Program-made: the position numbers and the translations under genes
The notes under the pieces: model-generated
The model's input: only the letters and a program-made list of their open reading frames with translations
Databases searched by the model: none
Told to the model about the DNA's origin: nothing
Virus record (IMG/VR): IMGVR_UViG_3300021387_000156
Location: 1-62,120 of that record
Strand: one strand, 5' to 3'
Source: a virus
DNA: 62,120 bases
In this document: positions 7,380 to 15,897 of the stretch, piece after piece
Layout: every line of letters begins with the position of its first letter
Position numbering within the stretch: the first letter of the stretch is position 1

Positions 7380-8067
7380 TATTTTCTTTTAGCTCAAAAA
7401 GACCCGCCCAATTATTACCGATAGATTGCTCAACAATCGCCATCGCTATCTGCGGGTCTCCATGAGATAGCTTCACGAGCTTGTTGTAACAAATTTTGAG
7501 TGCTTTTTCACTTTTATAGGTTTGCCTTTTCTCGTGCTTATATTGCAACCACAATTCAAAGGCCTCAGCAAATGCCGGATCAACAACAAAATTTTGTTCT
7601 GACTGATTTCCCCCACGGGGGGTTTGGGGGGTATTTATTTTATTTCTTTTTTTCTTTATTTTTTTAATTGTGTCCAAAATGGTGTCCAATTCGGTGTCCG
7701 AAATGGTGTCCAATTCGGTGTCCGTTACTCGCCATGGCTCGTGCTGATATTTATCATAATTACAGATAGTTATGATAGCCTTTTTGCTGTCCACTACTTC
7801 ACGAATTATCATGTTATCATTTTCGAGCTTTTTTAGAAAACTTATCACAGTCTTTCGGTCGAGGGTTTTCCGGTTCAAAAGCCACCGCTTTGTCAAGAAC
7901 GCTACGCTGGCCTCAAGCTGCCCTCTCTTGATTGTAATGCCATCGCTCTCGGTGTCTTGATATTTAGCCATCCACAACATATCTACCCACCAATGGAAGT
8001 AGTCGTTGTTTTCGGCTATCCAATGGTTCTCAAGCTGGCGATGTAATCTAATGTAACCGCCCACCAT
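7294..8067 (-). CDS. Replication initiator / replisome organiser with an internal origin-like repeat
   Basis: N-terminal winged-helix-like region (ITIKRGQLEASVAFLTKRW...TVISFLKKLENDNMI); iterons and an AT-rich tract lie inside the gene; followed by the loader. Confidence 0.55.
   Translation of the reverse strand: MVGGYIRLHRQLENHWIAENNDYFHWWVDMLWMAKYQDTESDGITIKRGQLEASVAFLTKRWLLNRKTLDRKTVISFLKKLENDNMIIREVVDSKKAIITICNYDKYQHEPWRVTDTELDTISDTELDTILDTIKKIKKKRNKINTPQTPRGGNQSEQNFVVDPAFAEAFELWLQYKHEKRQTYKSEKALKICYNKLVKLSHGDPQIAMAIVEQSIGNNWAGLFELKENNGRTNNQPSTGSNPKNTVTGFKVIKAGG
7625..7730. repeat. Candidate origin of replication: AT-rich tract (7631-7668) plus five 12-bp-phased GGTGTCC iterons (7669-7728)
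   Basis: GTGTCC at 7670, 7682, 7694, 7706 and 7718 (exact 12-bp spacing), preceded by gtatttattttatttctttttttctttatttttttaatt. Confidence 0.55.
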
Positions 8068-8070
8068 AGT

Positions 8071-8646
8071 TCAAGTCTCTAAAATGCGGATGCCCCAGAC
8101 GTGCAGCATCAACTTGCGACGCAGCACATAATCGGCTTCCTTGCGGGTTATTTCACTCTTAACGTCCTCAACGACCTCGTTGCCGTCCTTGTCGCGGTAA
8201 ACGAAGTCGGCGGTATAAACGGCGTTCTGCTCGATGCATACATCCTTATACACCGGCTCGGTGTTGCGCATCTTGAAGGCAGCAGACAACTGGAGACCAT
8301 GTGCACGGCAGTAGGCCCATGCAGCCTTCTGCGTGGCGAAATGCACATTCTCCACTATCCAGTCGTTGATGACCTTGTCCTTGATGTAGGTGCGCTCGTA
8401 CTTGGCAGGTATCAACTCAAACTCCACCTGACGGCGAAGCTCACTAATTTCACCGGCTCGTTGCAGGATCTGCAACTCCAGCCATCGGTCGTACTCCTTC
8501 TTGGAGTCGTATTTCTCGACAGTCGCAAAGTCAATCCCATGCTCATCGCAGTAGAACTTCGCATCATGCTCGGTGCGGAAGCGGTGAGTCGTGCCGGGAA
8601 TGACGTACAACTTTTGGTTGCCGAACTTAAATCGTTTCCAACTCAT
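8071..8646 (-). CDS. DUF1064-like PD-(D/E)XK nuclease (putative junction resolvase)
   Basis: C-terminal YTADFVYRDKDGNEVVEDVKS matches the YTPDF...E.K core of DUF1064. Confidence 0.5.
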   Translation of the reverse strand: MSWKRFKFGNQKLYVIPGTTHRFRTEHDAKFYCDEHGIDFATVEKYDSKKEYDRWLELQILQRAGEISELRRQVEFELIPAKYERTYIKDKVINDWIVENVHFATQKAAWAYCRAHGLQLSAAFKMRNTEPVYKDVCIEQNAVYTADFVYRDKDGNEVVEDVKSEITRKEADYVLRRKLMLHVWGIRILET

Positions 8647-9851
8647 TTGGTTATCATTATGTTGGTTAATTGTTTTCCGTTACTCGTAATAATCCAGCCG
8701 CCACGCTCGTCGTGGTCCAGCCACAAGTCCTCGACCTTGCCGAACTTGGTGACCGACCCGCAGAGGTCAACCACCCAGCCGTTCTTGCCGGGGTAGGGTC
8801 TAATCGCTCTGCCCACCATCTGGTAGTAGAGGGCGAGCGACATCGTAGGTCTCGCCAAAATGATTGTGTCAAGCGCGGGGTGGTCGAAGCCGGTAGTGAG
8901 AACGCCCACATTGGCGACCACTTCCGTTTCGCCACTCTTGAACCGCTCAAGTATGGCCTCACGCTCTTTCTTTGGCGTGCTGCCACTCACTACCTCGCAG
9001 AAGCCCATCAAGTCGTCAGCGAGGCGTTCTGCGTCCTCGACGAAGCGCACGAACACGAGGATGCCGTGACGCACGCTGCCGTCCTTCGGGCGCATGACAC
9101 GTTTGACGATGTTGAGGGTGTACTCGTAGAAGCCCACACGCTGAAATTCTTTGAAAAGCGATAAATCATCGTAGTCCGCACCCGTGGAATTGAGTTTCAC
9201 GTTGTCCAGTTCCAGCGCGTTCATGTCAAAGTACCTCAAATTGGCCAAATAGCCGGCATCTAGCAGCGTCTTTATCTGGCAATGATAAAGTACTTGGTCG
9301 AAGATGCGAGGACGAGTCCTCGTCAAAAATTTGAGGATTGAGCCATATTTCTTCCACTTGCTGTTTATGGTCTTGGGGTCGATTGTCTGACTCAGCCTGT
9401 AAGGTGTGGCGGTTAGCCCAATCACCTGACGGCCATCGACACGCTCGATGAACTCCTTGTACTGACCCTCACGAGGATTGACCAGGTGACACTCGTCAAT
9501 GAGGATCTTGTGGAACTCGTCGAATTTGTCTATGTGGTTCATCAATGAGCCGATAGTTGCGAAAGTGATGCGGTTGATCTCCTTGCGGTTGAGGCTGGCC
9601 GAATAGATTGAGCAGTCCCATGCGCCGTAACTCACCAGCTTGGCAAAGTTCTGCTCAAGGATTTCTTTGCTCGGCTGCAGCACAATCAGTGGCTCGTCAA
9701 TCTTGCTGGCGATGTCGGCAATCACAAGCGACTTGCCGGCACCTGTCGGGAGAATGAGCAGCCCGTTGTGCTTTGCGGTTGTCTTGTCGCTGAAGAACTT
9801 GACGGCCGCGTCGCTTGCTTCTTGCTGATATGGTCTCAGTGTGTATTGCAT
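8643..9851 (-). CDS. SF2 DEAD/DEAH-box helicase
   Basis: LILPTGAGKS (motif I), LIDECH (motif II), GLTATP (motif III), VLTTGFDHP and MVGRAIR (motifs V/VI). Confidence 0.8.
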   Translation of the reverse strand: MQYTLRPYQQEASDAAVKFFSDKTTAKHNGLLILPTGAGKSLVIADIASKIDEPLIVLQPSKEILEQNFAKLVSYGAWDCSIYSASLNRKEINRITFATIGSLMNHIDKFDEFHKILIDECHLVNPREGQYKEFIERVDGRQVIGLTATPYRLSQTIDPKTINSKWKKYGSILKFLTRTRPRIFDQVLYHCQIKTLLDAGYLANLRYFDMNALELDNVKLNSTGADYDDLSLFKEFQRVGFYEYTLNIVKRVMRPKDGSVRHGILVFVRFVEDAERLADDLMGFCEVVSGSTPKKEREAILERFKSGETEVVANVGVLTTGFDHPALDTIILARPTMSLALYYQMVGRAIRPYPGKNGWVVDLCGSVTKFGKVEDLWLDHDERGGWIITSNGKQLTNIMITK

Positions 9852-9916
9852 AAGTGAAAACCACCGCCGCCAGCGAGAACGGCGGTGGAATATGAACGTC
9901 GAAAGTTACTATAAAA

Positions 9917-10489
9917 TCACTCGGCTTCGGCTCGCTCCTCGGCCTTTCTTATGGCTATCACTTTGCGAACTTCCTCATGCAGTGCGGCGTACTTCTTGGC
10001 AATGCCGATACGCGCCTGGCGGAACTCACGTTGCTTGGTCTCCAACTCGGTGTTACGCGCCTTGCGCCCGGCGTTATATTTGGCCTTGATGTCGTGCAGC
10101 GTAGTGTGGAACTTCTCGTTGAGGGTACGGCGCTGGCTGCGCAGCTCGGCTCGCTTGTCCATCGTGTCGGCAATCTGCTTACGCAGGTCTTCCAGTTCGT
10201 CGGGGCTGTCGCAGAACTTGCGCTTGTCCATCAGTGTGCCGATGAGCATACCGAACTTATTGTAGGCGTCTTCCAGCGCTTGGGTGTTGAGCTGGTATTC
10301 ATCGAGAAGTTTGTTACGCTGCAACTCGTAGTCACTCTCGGCGGCTTCGCTCTCGTTGTGGAACTTGGCTTGCAGGGCCAAATACTCGGTTCGCAATGCC
10401 TCTTGCTCGGTGAGGCGATCCGTGTCAAGCAGCGTGTTCTGTTTGCGCAACTCGGCAAGGGTCATACCCATTAAGTCTTTTTCTTGCAT
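9917..10489 (-). CDS. coiled-coil hypothetical protein (190 aa)
   Basis: ATG at 10489 follows the leader-variant motif; heptad-rich charged sequence. Confidence 0.55.
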   Translation of the reverse strand: MQEKDLMGMTLAELRKQNTLLDTDRLTEQEALRTEYLALQAKFHNESEAAESDYELQRNKLLDEYQLNTQALEDAYNKFGMLIGTLMDKRKFCDSPDELEDLRKQIADTMDKRAELRSQRRTLNEKFHTTLHDIKAKYNAGRKARNTELETKQREFRQARIGIAKKYAALHEEVRKVIAIRKAEERAEAE

Positions 10490-10507
10490 AGTGCTGTTGG
10501 TTTTGGT

Positions 10508-10525
10508 GAATAAAATATTTGACTT
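10508..10525 (-). promoter_or_regulatory. Leader-motif variant (AAGTCAAATATTTTATTC)
   Basis: Two mismatches to the consensus leader; 18 nt upstream of ATG 10489. Confidence 0.4.
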
Positions 10526-10540
10526 GAAGCCTTTCGGCAG

Positions 10541-10616
10541 TAGTCGGGGTTGGAGTCGAACCAACGATTTGCGGAATTAGGTTTCCGCAGCTCCTTACCC
10601 ACGGAGTTGCCCGACT
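10541..10616 (-). tRNA. tRNA-like element with non-canonical geometry; CUA (amber-type) triplet in an 8-nt anticodon loop
   Basis: By-eye fold: acceptor AGTCGGG/CCCGACT, D arm CTCC-GTGGGTAA-GGAG, anticodon stem GCGGA/TCCGC with loop AACCTAAT, T arm GTTGG-TTCGACT-CCAAC. There are 3 nt (not 2) between the acceptor and D stems. Confidence 0.45.
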
Positions 10617-10779
10617 TTATGCCCCTGGAGTGGACAGAGGCAACAACAATTAACTTAAAAGACGTGCAAAGAAACTTCAGCCAGTATCTACCACGGTGAC
10701 CAGTGTGGACGTACCCCGCTCGACTTGGCTCAAGCCATGAAAACACAATCTACAACCCTTTCATGCTGTTCTCTATGTG

Positions 10780-11226
10780 CTATGAGTATAGTTCTTTGAA
10801 ATCTTTGTACATTTCGTCGTCAGGCAACGGCACGGTGGCACCATGCTCGGTGGCCATGTACGACTGTATCTTGTTCATGAAGTCGGTCATCTGTCGCTTG
10901 GTGAGTTTCGAGGTCTCCACCCACTTGTCGATGACCTGACCATTGGGCAGCACGACCGGGTAGCGGAACATCTCGCAGAACAGGTCGTGCACGTTGTCTT
11001 TGTTCCATTGATCGTCGCCGTAGGTCTTGTTGAAGAAGTTTGCGATGTCGGCACACCACAGCCAAAATAACGCATTTTGGTTGACGGTGCGCGGTTGCTT
11101 CTTCTCCCACTGGGCTCTCGGCTCGATGGTGGCCACATAGTCGCCGTTCGGCAGGAACCCGCACACAGCATCGAGTGTGCGCTGGTCGGTGACGTGGCCG
11201 TTCTCTTTATGCAGGTGGACTATCAT
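10780..11226 (-). CDS. ninB: NinB/Orf-family recombination mediator
   Basis: RTVNQNALFWLWCADIANFF ... SKLTKRQMTDFMNKIQSYMATEHGATVPLP parallels lambda NinB RSLDQNRKLWACLGDVS ... STSRMRVGEFAELLELIQAFG. Confidence 0.55.
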   Translation of the reverse strand: MIVHLHKENGHVTDQRTLDAVCGFLPNGDYVATIEPRAQWEKKQPRTVNQNALFWLWCADIANFFNKTYGDDQWNKDNVHDLFCEMFRYPVVLPNGQVIDKWVETSKLTKRQMTDFMNKIQSYMATEHGATVPLPDDEMYKDFKELYS

Positions 11227-11229
11227 TGC

Positions 11230-11493
11230 TCATTTGATTACTTCCAAAAGCAGGCCGTAGTAGATATAGTTGCGCTGCTCGACTACGGCATCTTCGGGAT
11301 ACCACTTTCTATTTCTCTTGAAGTCCTCAAAACATTCTGGACACAGCCAGCGGTTGATGACCGCAATATAGAAGCCCGTCTCGGGTCGCTTCATGCACAT
11401 GTCGCATATACCAGGCGACCCGACGGCTTGCTTCATTTCTTTGGCTGACGCCTTGATGATTTTGAACTTGCCAAACTCAACAACCTTTGCCAT
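11230..11493 (-). CDS. zinc-ribbon hypothetical protein (87 aa)
   Basis: CDMC...CPEC; ATG at 11493, just after the SSB stop (the track start at 11499 is TTG). Confidence 0.55.
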   Translation of the reverse strand: MAKVVEFGKFKIIKASAKEMKQAVGSPGICDMCMKRPETGFYIAVINRWLCPECFEDFKRNRKWYPEDAVVEQRNYIYYGLLLEVIK

Positions 11494-11495
11494 AA

Positions 11496-11945
11496 TCAAT
11501 AAGGCATGTCATTTAGTTCTTGGGGCTCCATCGACGGCGGATAAGGATAACCGCCATGCCGTTGCTGATAGTTCTGCTGGTTAGCGAATGGCACGTTAGG
11601 GTTCTGCTCCTGTGGCTTGCCGCCGAGCAGTTCCAGGTTGTCGAGGTAAATCTCGGTGACGGTGCGCTCGGTGTTGTCGCGGGCGGTGTACTTGCGAGTC
11701 CTCAACTTGCCTTCGATGTAGAGTTTGGTGCCCTTGCGGACGTAACGCTCAATGACACCCACGATGCTGCCGTTGGCGACTATGCTGTGCCACTCGGTGC
11801 GCTCAGGCACTTGTGTGCCGTCACGCTTGGTGTAACCCTTGTCGGTTGTTGCGAGGCGGAAGGTGGCGAACTTGCCGCCGGCGCTCTCTCGGATTTCGGG
11901 GTCGCTGCCCACGTTGCCGAGCAAAATAACTTTGTTTACGCTCAT
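11496..11945 (-). CDS. ssb: single-stranded DNA-binding protein
   Basis: MSVNKVILLGNVGSDPE...TEWHSIV...KGTKLYIEGKLRTRKY (OB fold), Gln/Pro-rich linker, acidic tip LNDMPY. Confidence 0.85.
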   Translation of the reverse strand: MSVNKVILLGNVGSDPEIRESAGGKFATFRLATTDKGYTKRDGTQVPERTEWHSIVANGSIVGVIERYVRKGTKLYIEGKLRTRKYTARDNTERTVTEIYLDNLELLGGKPQEQNPNVPFANQQNYQQRHGGYPYPPSMEPQELNDMPY

Positions 11946-11947
11946 GA

Positions 11948-12979
11948 TTATTTCAGTTTTTGAGTGAATGAGCCCTTTCGGGTGGTTGTTTTAAGATATT
12001 GTTCGTAGAGGTCGGGATGGTCGGCTTGGAACGCCTTGGAGTCGAATGTGGTCGTTTCGCTCGGTTTCCCGATGGTGGCCGTGAACTCGGGGCACTCCCA
12101 CTTGGAGACACCAGCGGACTCCATGAGTTCACGCAATTTCTCTTTCATCGCTTTTGCGGCTTTCTCGGCCCGCAGCAGGGTGGTGATAGCGCTTACCACG
12201 TCCACAGGAACGGCGAGTGCGTCGGTAGTGGTCGCCACTGGCTTGACTTCCTCGACCTTTGCGGCGAACACCTGCATCTCGGGGTTGTAGTAGGTGAAGC
12301 CTCCCCATTCTTGCTTGATGATTTCGGTGGAGAGCAGTTTCTGCACCAACTCATTGGGTTTGCGCTCAATGCGCCACAGCTCGCCAGCACCTTTTCGCAT
12401 CCAGTTGCCGATAAGCCCCTTGACCTTCCAACTGGTCTGCCATTCAAACATGAAGGCGTAACAACTCAGTTGCCAGGAGAGGTACTCTTTCAACCCCTCT
12501 GCACCACCGGGATAGTAGTCGAGGTTGTTGGTCTTGTGGTCAACAAGGTAGATGCCACCTTCCTTATCGCACCAAATGCAGTCAATCTGCGAGGCGAAAT
12601 TGCCGTAACTCACGGTGAACTCGCTCGCAATGGTCTTGCAGGCACGAGGCTTCGCTTTGCGGTAGTAGGCGAGTTCGGCGCTCACATCCTGTGCGGGCAA
12701 TATGCCGGCGGTGGGATGCTCCTTCTCGGGGAACTGGGTCAACTCAATGCCCAACTCGTCCCATGCCTGTATCGCCTTGTGGACGCAGGTGCCGTAATAC
12801 CCGGCTTTTGGGATCTGCACCTTTTTCACATAATCGCTTGCGTCGGGATAGACACCGAGCAGCAGCACTGCGTGGATTAACCCTGTGATGCCCGAAAGTT
12901 CGGCATCGCCACGGAGGTAGCGGTGAGTCTCCTCGTTGAACACTACCTCCGACTGCGTTAAGTCAGCTCTTGTTATCAT
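11948..12979 (-). CDS. PD-(D/E)XK family exonuclease (recombination partner of the annealing protein)
   Basis: QIDCIWCDKEGGIYLVDHKT (D...D/ExK-like core); located between the annealing-protein gene and ssb. Confidence 0.5.
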   Translation of the reverse strand: MITRADLTQSEVVFNEETHRYLRGDAELSGITGLIHAVLLLGVYPDASDYVKKVQIPKAGYYGTCVHKAIQAWDELGIELTQFPEKEHPTAGILPAQDVSAELAYYRKAKPRACKTIASEFTVSYGNFASQIDCIWCDKEGGIYLVDHKTNNLDYYPGGAEGLKEYLSWQLSCYAFMFEWQTSWKVKGLIGNWMRKGAGELWRIERKPNELVQKLLSTEIIKQEWGGFTYYNPEMQVFAAKVEEVKPVATTTDALAVPVDVVSAITTLLRAEKAAKAMKEKLRELMESAGVSKWECPEFTATIGKPSETTTFDSKAFQADHPDLYEQYLKTTTRKGSFTQKLK

Positions 12980-12989
12980 GTCGTAAAAC

Positions 12990-13661
12990 TTATTGGGGTT
13001 TCGGGAACTGCTGTGCCATCTCTTGGAGGGCGTTCATGAACGCTGAACCTTGTTCGGTGGGTACGACCTTGCTCCAAGTGCGCCAGCACGCCTCCAGTTC
13101 CTCACGGCTCTTGACGGCCTTGATTTCGGCGACGGCTTGGTCAATCTTGGCTTGCAGTTCGTTCTTGGCTTGTGCAGCCTCCTCCTCGGGAAGGTCTTCG
13201 CCGGCGTAGATGTAGAGGCCGAGACCGAACATTGCGATGTTCTTGGCGAGGCAGCGCATGATTGCCTTGTTGACATCGAACATGGTCGCTGCCTCCACCT
13301 CTTTCTCGCCGTAGCGTGTCTTGTAGGAGTAGGGAGCGGATTTCATTGACTTGTTGCTGCTGTTCATCACAGGCAACCACATGGTGATCGTCTCGCCGCT
13401 GATAGTGACCGAAGTCTCGACCATGATGCCGAGTTGGTCATCGTTGAGGTAGGGCTTGTCGCCCCAGTGCCTCACCTCGTAACTTGCATCGGGAAAATGC
13501 TGCTTGACTTGGCCCCATGCCCATACCCATGAGAGGTAGGTCAGGAACTTTTCACTGCCGTCGGGGTTCTTCTCGCCGGTTTTCTTCTTTTCAACGTGCT
13601 CATTCACGTTGATTGCGTTGAGTATCTCGAAGACACTCTTCTTTACTTTGGTTTCTGCCAT
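12990..13661 (-). CDS. Sak/DUF1071-type (Rad52-like) single-strand annealing protein
   Basis: FLTYLSWVWAWGQVKQHFP...VMNSSNKSM...AIMRCLAKNIAMFGLGLYIYAGEDLP; ATG at 13661 follows the leader cassette. Confidence 0.55.
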   Translation of the reverse strand: MAETKVKKSVFEILNAINVNEHVEKKKTGEKNPDGSEKFLTYLSWVWAWGQVKQHFPDASYEVRHWGDKPYLNDDQLGIMVETSVTISGETITMWLPVMNSSNKSMKSAPYSYKTRYGEKEVEAATMFDVNKAIMRCLAKNIAMFGLGLYIYAGEDLPEEEAAQAKNELQAKIDQAVAEIKAVKSREELEACWRTWSKVVPTEQGSAFMNALQEMAQQFPKPQ

Positions 13662-13791
13662 AGTAGATGAAATTAAAAATGTTTGACTTATAGTTATTTG
13701 TAATTTTTGAATTACACTGTAAAGGTAGCGTTTTTTGGCAATAGACGCAAACAGATTAAGCTCTATTTTTGTCGCACCAACGCTATTTAAC
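13662..13791 (-). promoter_or_regulatory. Early-type promoter/leader cassette, copy e
   Basis: Minus strand reads GTTAAATAGCGTTGG (13791-13777), TACCTTTA box (13727-13720), AAGTCAAACATTTTTAATTTC (13689-13669), then ATG at 13661. Confidence 0.6.
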
Positions 13792-13820
13792 GAATTAGTC
13801 AAGGTGTGTCAAGGCAATAG

Positions 13821-13857
13821 AAAAAAGAGTGCCGCTGCCGTCACGGAAACGGCACTC
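13821..13857 (-). terminator. Rho-independent terminator
   Basis: Minus strand: GAGTGCCG-loop-CGGCACTC followed by TTTTTT. Confidence 0.65.
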
Positions 13858-14053
13858 ACAACTAATTAACCTTTCTAATACCATTAACAATAAACCTTAA
13901 AAACTAATACCATGAAGTAGATTGCGGCTCACCCCGGCGCGAACCGGGCAGGGACGTGAAAGTTTGCGGTCAGAGGCGGAACGCTTCACAGCGGCAAGCC
14001 CCTTGTGATAGATAAAAAACCGTCCCCGGCTCTCATGAGCGAGAGCCATACAT

Positions 14054-14236
14054 TCAGTTCTTCTCGTCCTCCTTGCGCCACTCCTCAAGCGTGTTCCAAA
14101 TGATGTTCACGATCCACAGGGCACCGGCACACCAAATGAACCAAAGGAAATAGGTTGAGAGGGGTGCGTCATCGGTCGGCGTGAAGAACACCGATAAAAA
14201 TAAGACGCTTGCCAAGATTGAAAGAAATGTTTTCAT
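14054..14236 (-). CDS. small membrane protein (60 aa)
   Basis: Two hydrophobic helices; preceded by the leader motif. Confidence 0.6.
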   Translation of the reverse strand: MKTFLSILASVLFLSVFFTPTDDAPLSTYFLWFIWCAGALWIVNIIWNTLEEWRKEDEKN

Positions 14237-14245
14237 TGCTTTGAT

Positions 14246-14263
14246 GAATTAAATGTTTGACTT
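14246..14263 (-). promoter_or_regulatory. Leader-motif copy (AAGTCAAACATTTAATTC)
   Basis: 9 nt upstream of ATG 14236; no recognisable -7 box upstream. Confidence 0.5.
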
Positions 14264-14269
14264 GTGTGA

Positions 14270-14497
14270 CTACCTTGCAGGCTTGCAATGCTGCAAGACC
14301 TGGGAGAGGTTGAACCTCCATTTTCCGTTCTGCGCATTCACCTTGCCGGCACATTCGATTGCACCTGACTGGTGAAGGCGCTCTAAAGTACGTTCACCGC
14401 CCACGATGCGGGCGGCCTTCGTTTTGCCTATCGTCATCGTCGAGGTCACTGCGAGGATGTTCCCGAGCAACCGATTTTCGATTGCCTGCCGTTCCAT
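14270..14497 (-). CDS. hypothetical protein (75 aa), possible small HTH
   Basis: ATG at 14497 shares one nt with the upstream stop (TGATG); TIGKTKAARIVGGERTLERL resembles an HTH. Confidence 0.45.
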   Translation of the reverse strand: MERQAIENRLLGNILAVTSTMTIGKTKAARIVGGERTLERLHQSGAIECAGKVNAQNGKWRFNLSQVLQHCKPAR

Positions 14498-14703
14498 CAC
14501 GCAATTCTCTTGACGATGACTGTACCTTCTTCTTTGTCGGTGAGAGTTGACCACCGACAGCCTGCTTTACGCTCTGGCATGAGGTGGTTATAGAGTGCCA
14601 CCCTAATGTAAGGCGTCTTCTCGATAGGGAACTGCACTTCGTCCCCGATGTTCATCTCACGGATAGTTCCGACGATGTTGTCATGTGCGATTGTTGTTGC
14701 CAT
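14497..14703 (-). CDS. hypothetical protein (68 aa)
   Basis: Track ORF with an ATG start. Confidence 0.55.
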   Translation of the reverse strand: MATTIAHDNIVGTIREMNIGDEVQFPIEKTPYIRVALYNHLMPERKAGCRWSTLTDKEEGTVIVKRIA

Positions 14704-14793
14704 TTATAATTATGTGTTGATGAATATTCGGTTTGCCGTGAGGCAGGGCATTGCCCCACGGCGGTTGAAGTCTTGTCGGTCGGAAATCTTTCG

Positions 14794-14801
14794 TAACTTT
14801 G
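14794..14801 (+). promoter_or_regulatory. Bacteroidota-type -7 box TAACTTTG for the plus-strand moron
   Basis: TAnnTTTG match 31 nt upstream of ATG 14832. Confidence 0.5.
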
Positions 14802-14831
14802 CAGTCGCTAACAAATCAAAATTGAAAAATC

Positions 14832-15170
14832 ATGGACTTAAAGACTTTCGTGAAGGAGACCCTCACGCAGATTGCGGAGGGCGTGAATGAGGCAAAACCT
14901 ATTGTTCAAAATGCTGGTTGCTATATCATTGATAGAGTCCCAAATTCTATTGGTTCCAACATACCCAATGCTAATGGACCTGACAACAAATTGCATCCAG
15001 TGAGCAAGATTGATTTCGATGTCGCAATCTGTATTGACGAGGAACAAGCAGCAAAAGGCGGTGCTTTTCTTGCAGTGGCTTCATTGGTAGGTGGTATGAA
15101 TAAAGAGAAAAAGAATAGTAATTCAGTGTTTAACCATGTCGTTTTCTCTATATATATGTCCGTGCAATGA
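14832..15170 (+). CDS. hypothetical protein (112 aa), plus-strand moron
   Basis: Track ORF with its own promoter box; opposite orientation to the flanking genes. Confidence 0.55.
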   Translation: MDLKTFVKETLTQIAEGVNEAKPIVQNAGCYIIDRVPNSIGSNIPNANGPDNKLHPVSKIDFDVAICIDEEQAAKGGAFLAVASLVGGMNKEKKNSNSVFNHVVFSIYMSVQ

Positions 15171-15342
15171 GAACTGCGTAATACTGGGACAATCGGTATC
15201 TCGGCACTCTTTGACTGGTATCTCGATTTTCCTGAAAAGTAGTATTCCGAGAAAATAAATTCGCTTTTCATAGATGCCGCTTTTGCTTCCAGCGCTATAG
15301 TATCGTATTACCTTTATCATAATTAAGTTGTCTTGGTAAGGG

Positions 15343-15432
15343 CGGAGGCGGCAGGATTCGAACCTGCGCGGCGATGTTAGTCGCCCTGGCGCGTTAGCAG
15401 TGCGCTCCCTTAACCAACTTGGGTACACCTCC
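15343..15432 (-). tRNA. tRNA-Ser (anticodon GCU), class II with a long variable arm
   Basis: By-eye cloverleaf: GGAGGTG/CGCCTCC acceptor, anticodon loop CTGCTAA, variable arm GGCGA-CTAACA-TCGCC, T arm GCAGG-TTCGAAT-CCTGC, discriminator G. Confidence 0.8.
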
Positions 15433-15897
15433 ATGTGTGGGCATTTTGTGTCAATGGGGCCCACGGACCATTTCTAAAAGCCATTACGCATTGCTGCGCA
15501 TTTGACAGATGGCGGACACATAAAATTATATGAGCAGTCTAAGCGGTTTGCGTCCTTTCCCGCCCACGCCTCCGTGGGGTCTTTATGCGGTACTCATCCG
15601 GTCGCATAGACATTTATCATTTCGTTAATCACTCGTGAGGTCTTGTCTGCAGCCTCATTTTCTGCACCCGGCTTGGCAGGCCGGGAATTTCGCTCGCATG
15701 ATTTGTCGCTGGCGCGGATGTCACTCTTATTGCCTTACTGCTCCCCTTTGCTCTGCATCACTGCGGCGGAAGGCTCTCGGCATGGCGTTACTCTCATGCT
15801 CGCTCATCGCTTGACTTGCCGGCGTGCTGCCGGTAGTATCAGCGGAAAATCAGTACGTCAAGGAACTCTGCTGCTACCCTTGCGGGTCTTGCTTTGG
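15433..15897 (-). ncRNA. ORF-poor, hairpin-rich ~465-nt region between two tRNA-type elements; candidate large structured RNA (strand inferred from the flanking tRNAs)
   Basis: No plausible CDS (the only ORFs have shadow-like composition). Multiple GC-rich stems, e.g. CCCAC/GTGGG 15563-15578, CCCGGC/GCCGGG 15667-15685, CCGGC/GCCGG 15819-15833. Confidence 0.35.

Noticed and set aside
7669-7728. Short regularly spaced repeats (also 35521-35709) as a possible CRISPR array
   Set aside because: The repeat units are only 12 bp or ~11 bp, with no unique spacers of CRISPR length. The first set is in-frame coding sequence of the initiator gene, and no cas genes are present.
10471-10746. Track ORFs 10471..10746 (-) and 10356..10580 (+) as coding genes
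   Set aside because: They overlap the tRNA-like element and leader motif and have Ser/Arg/Cys-rich composition without coding signals.
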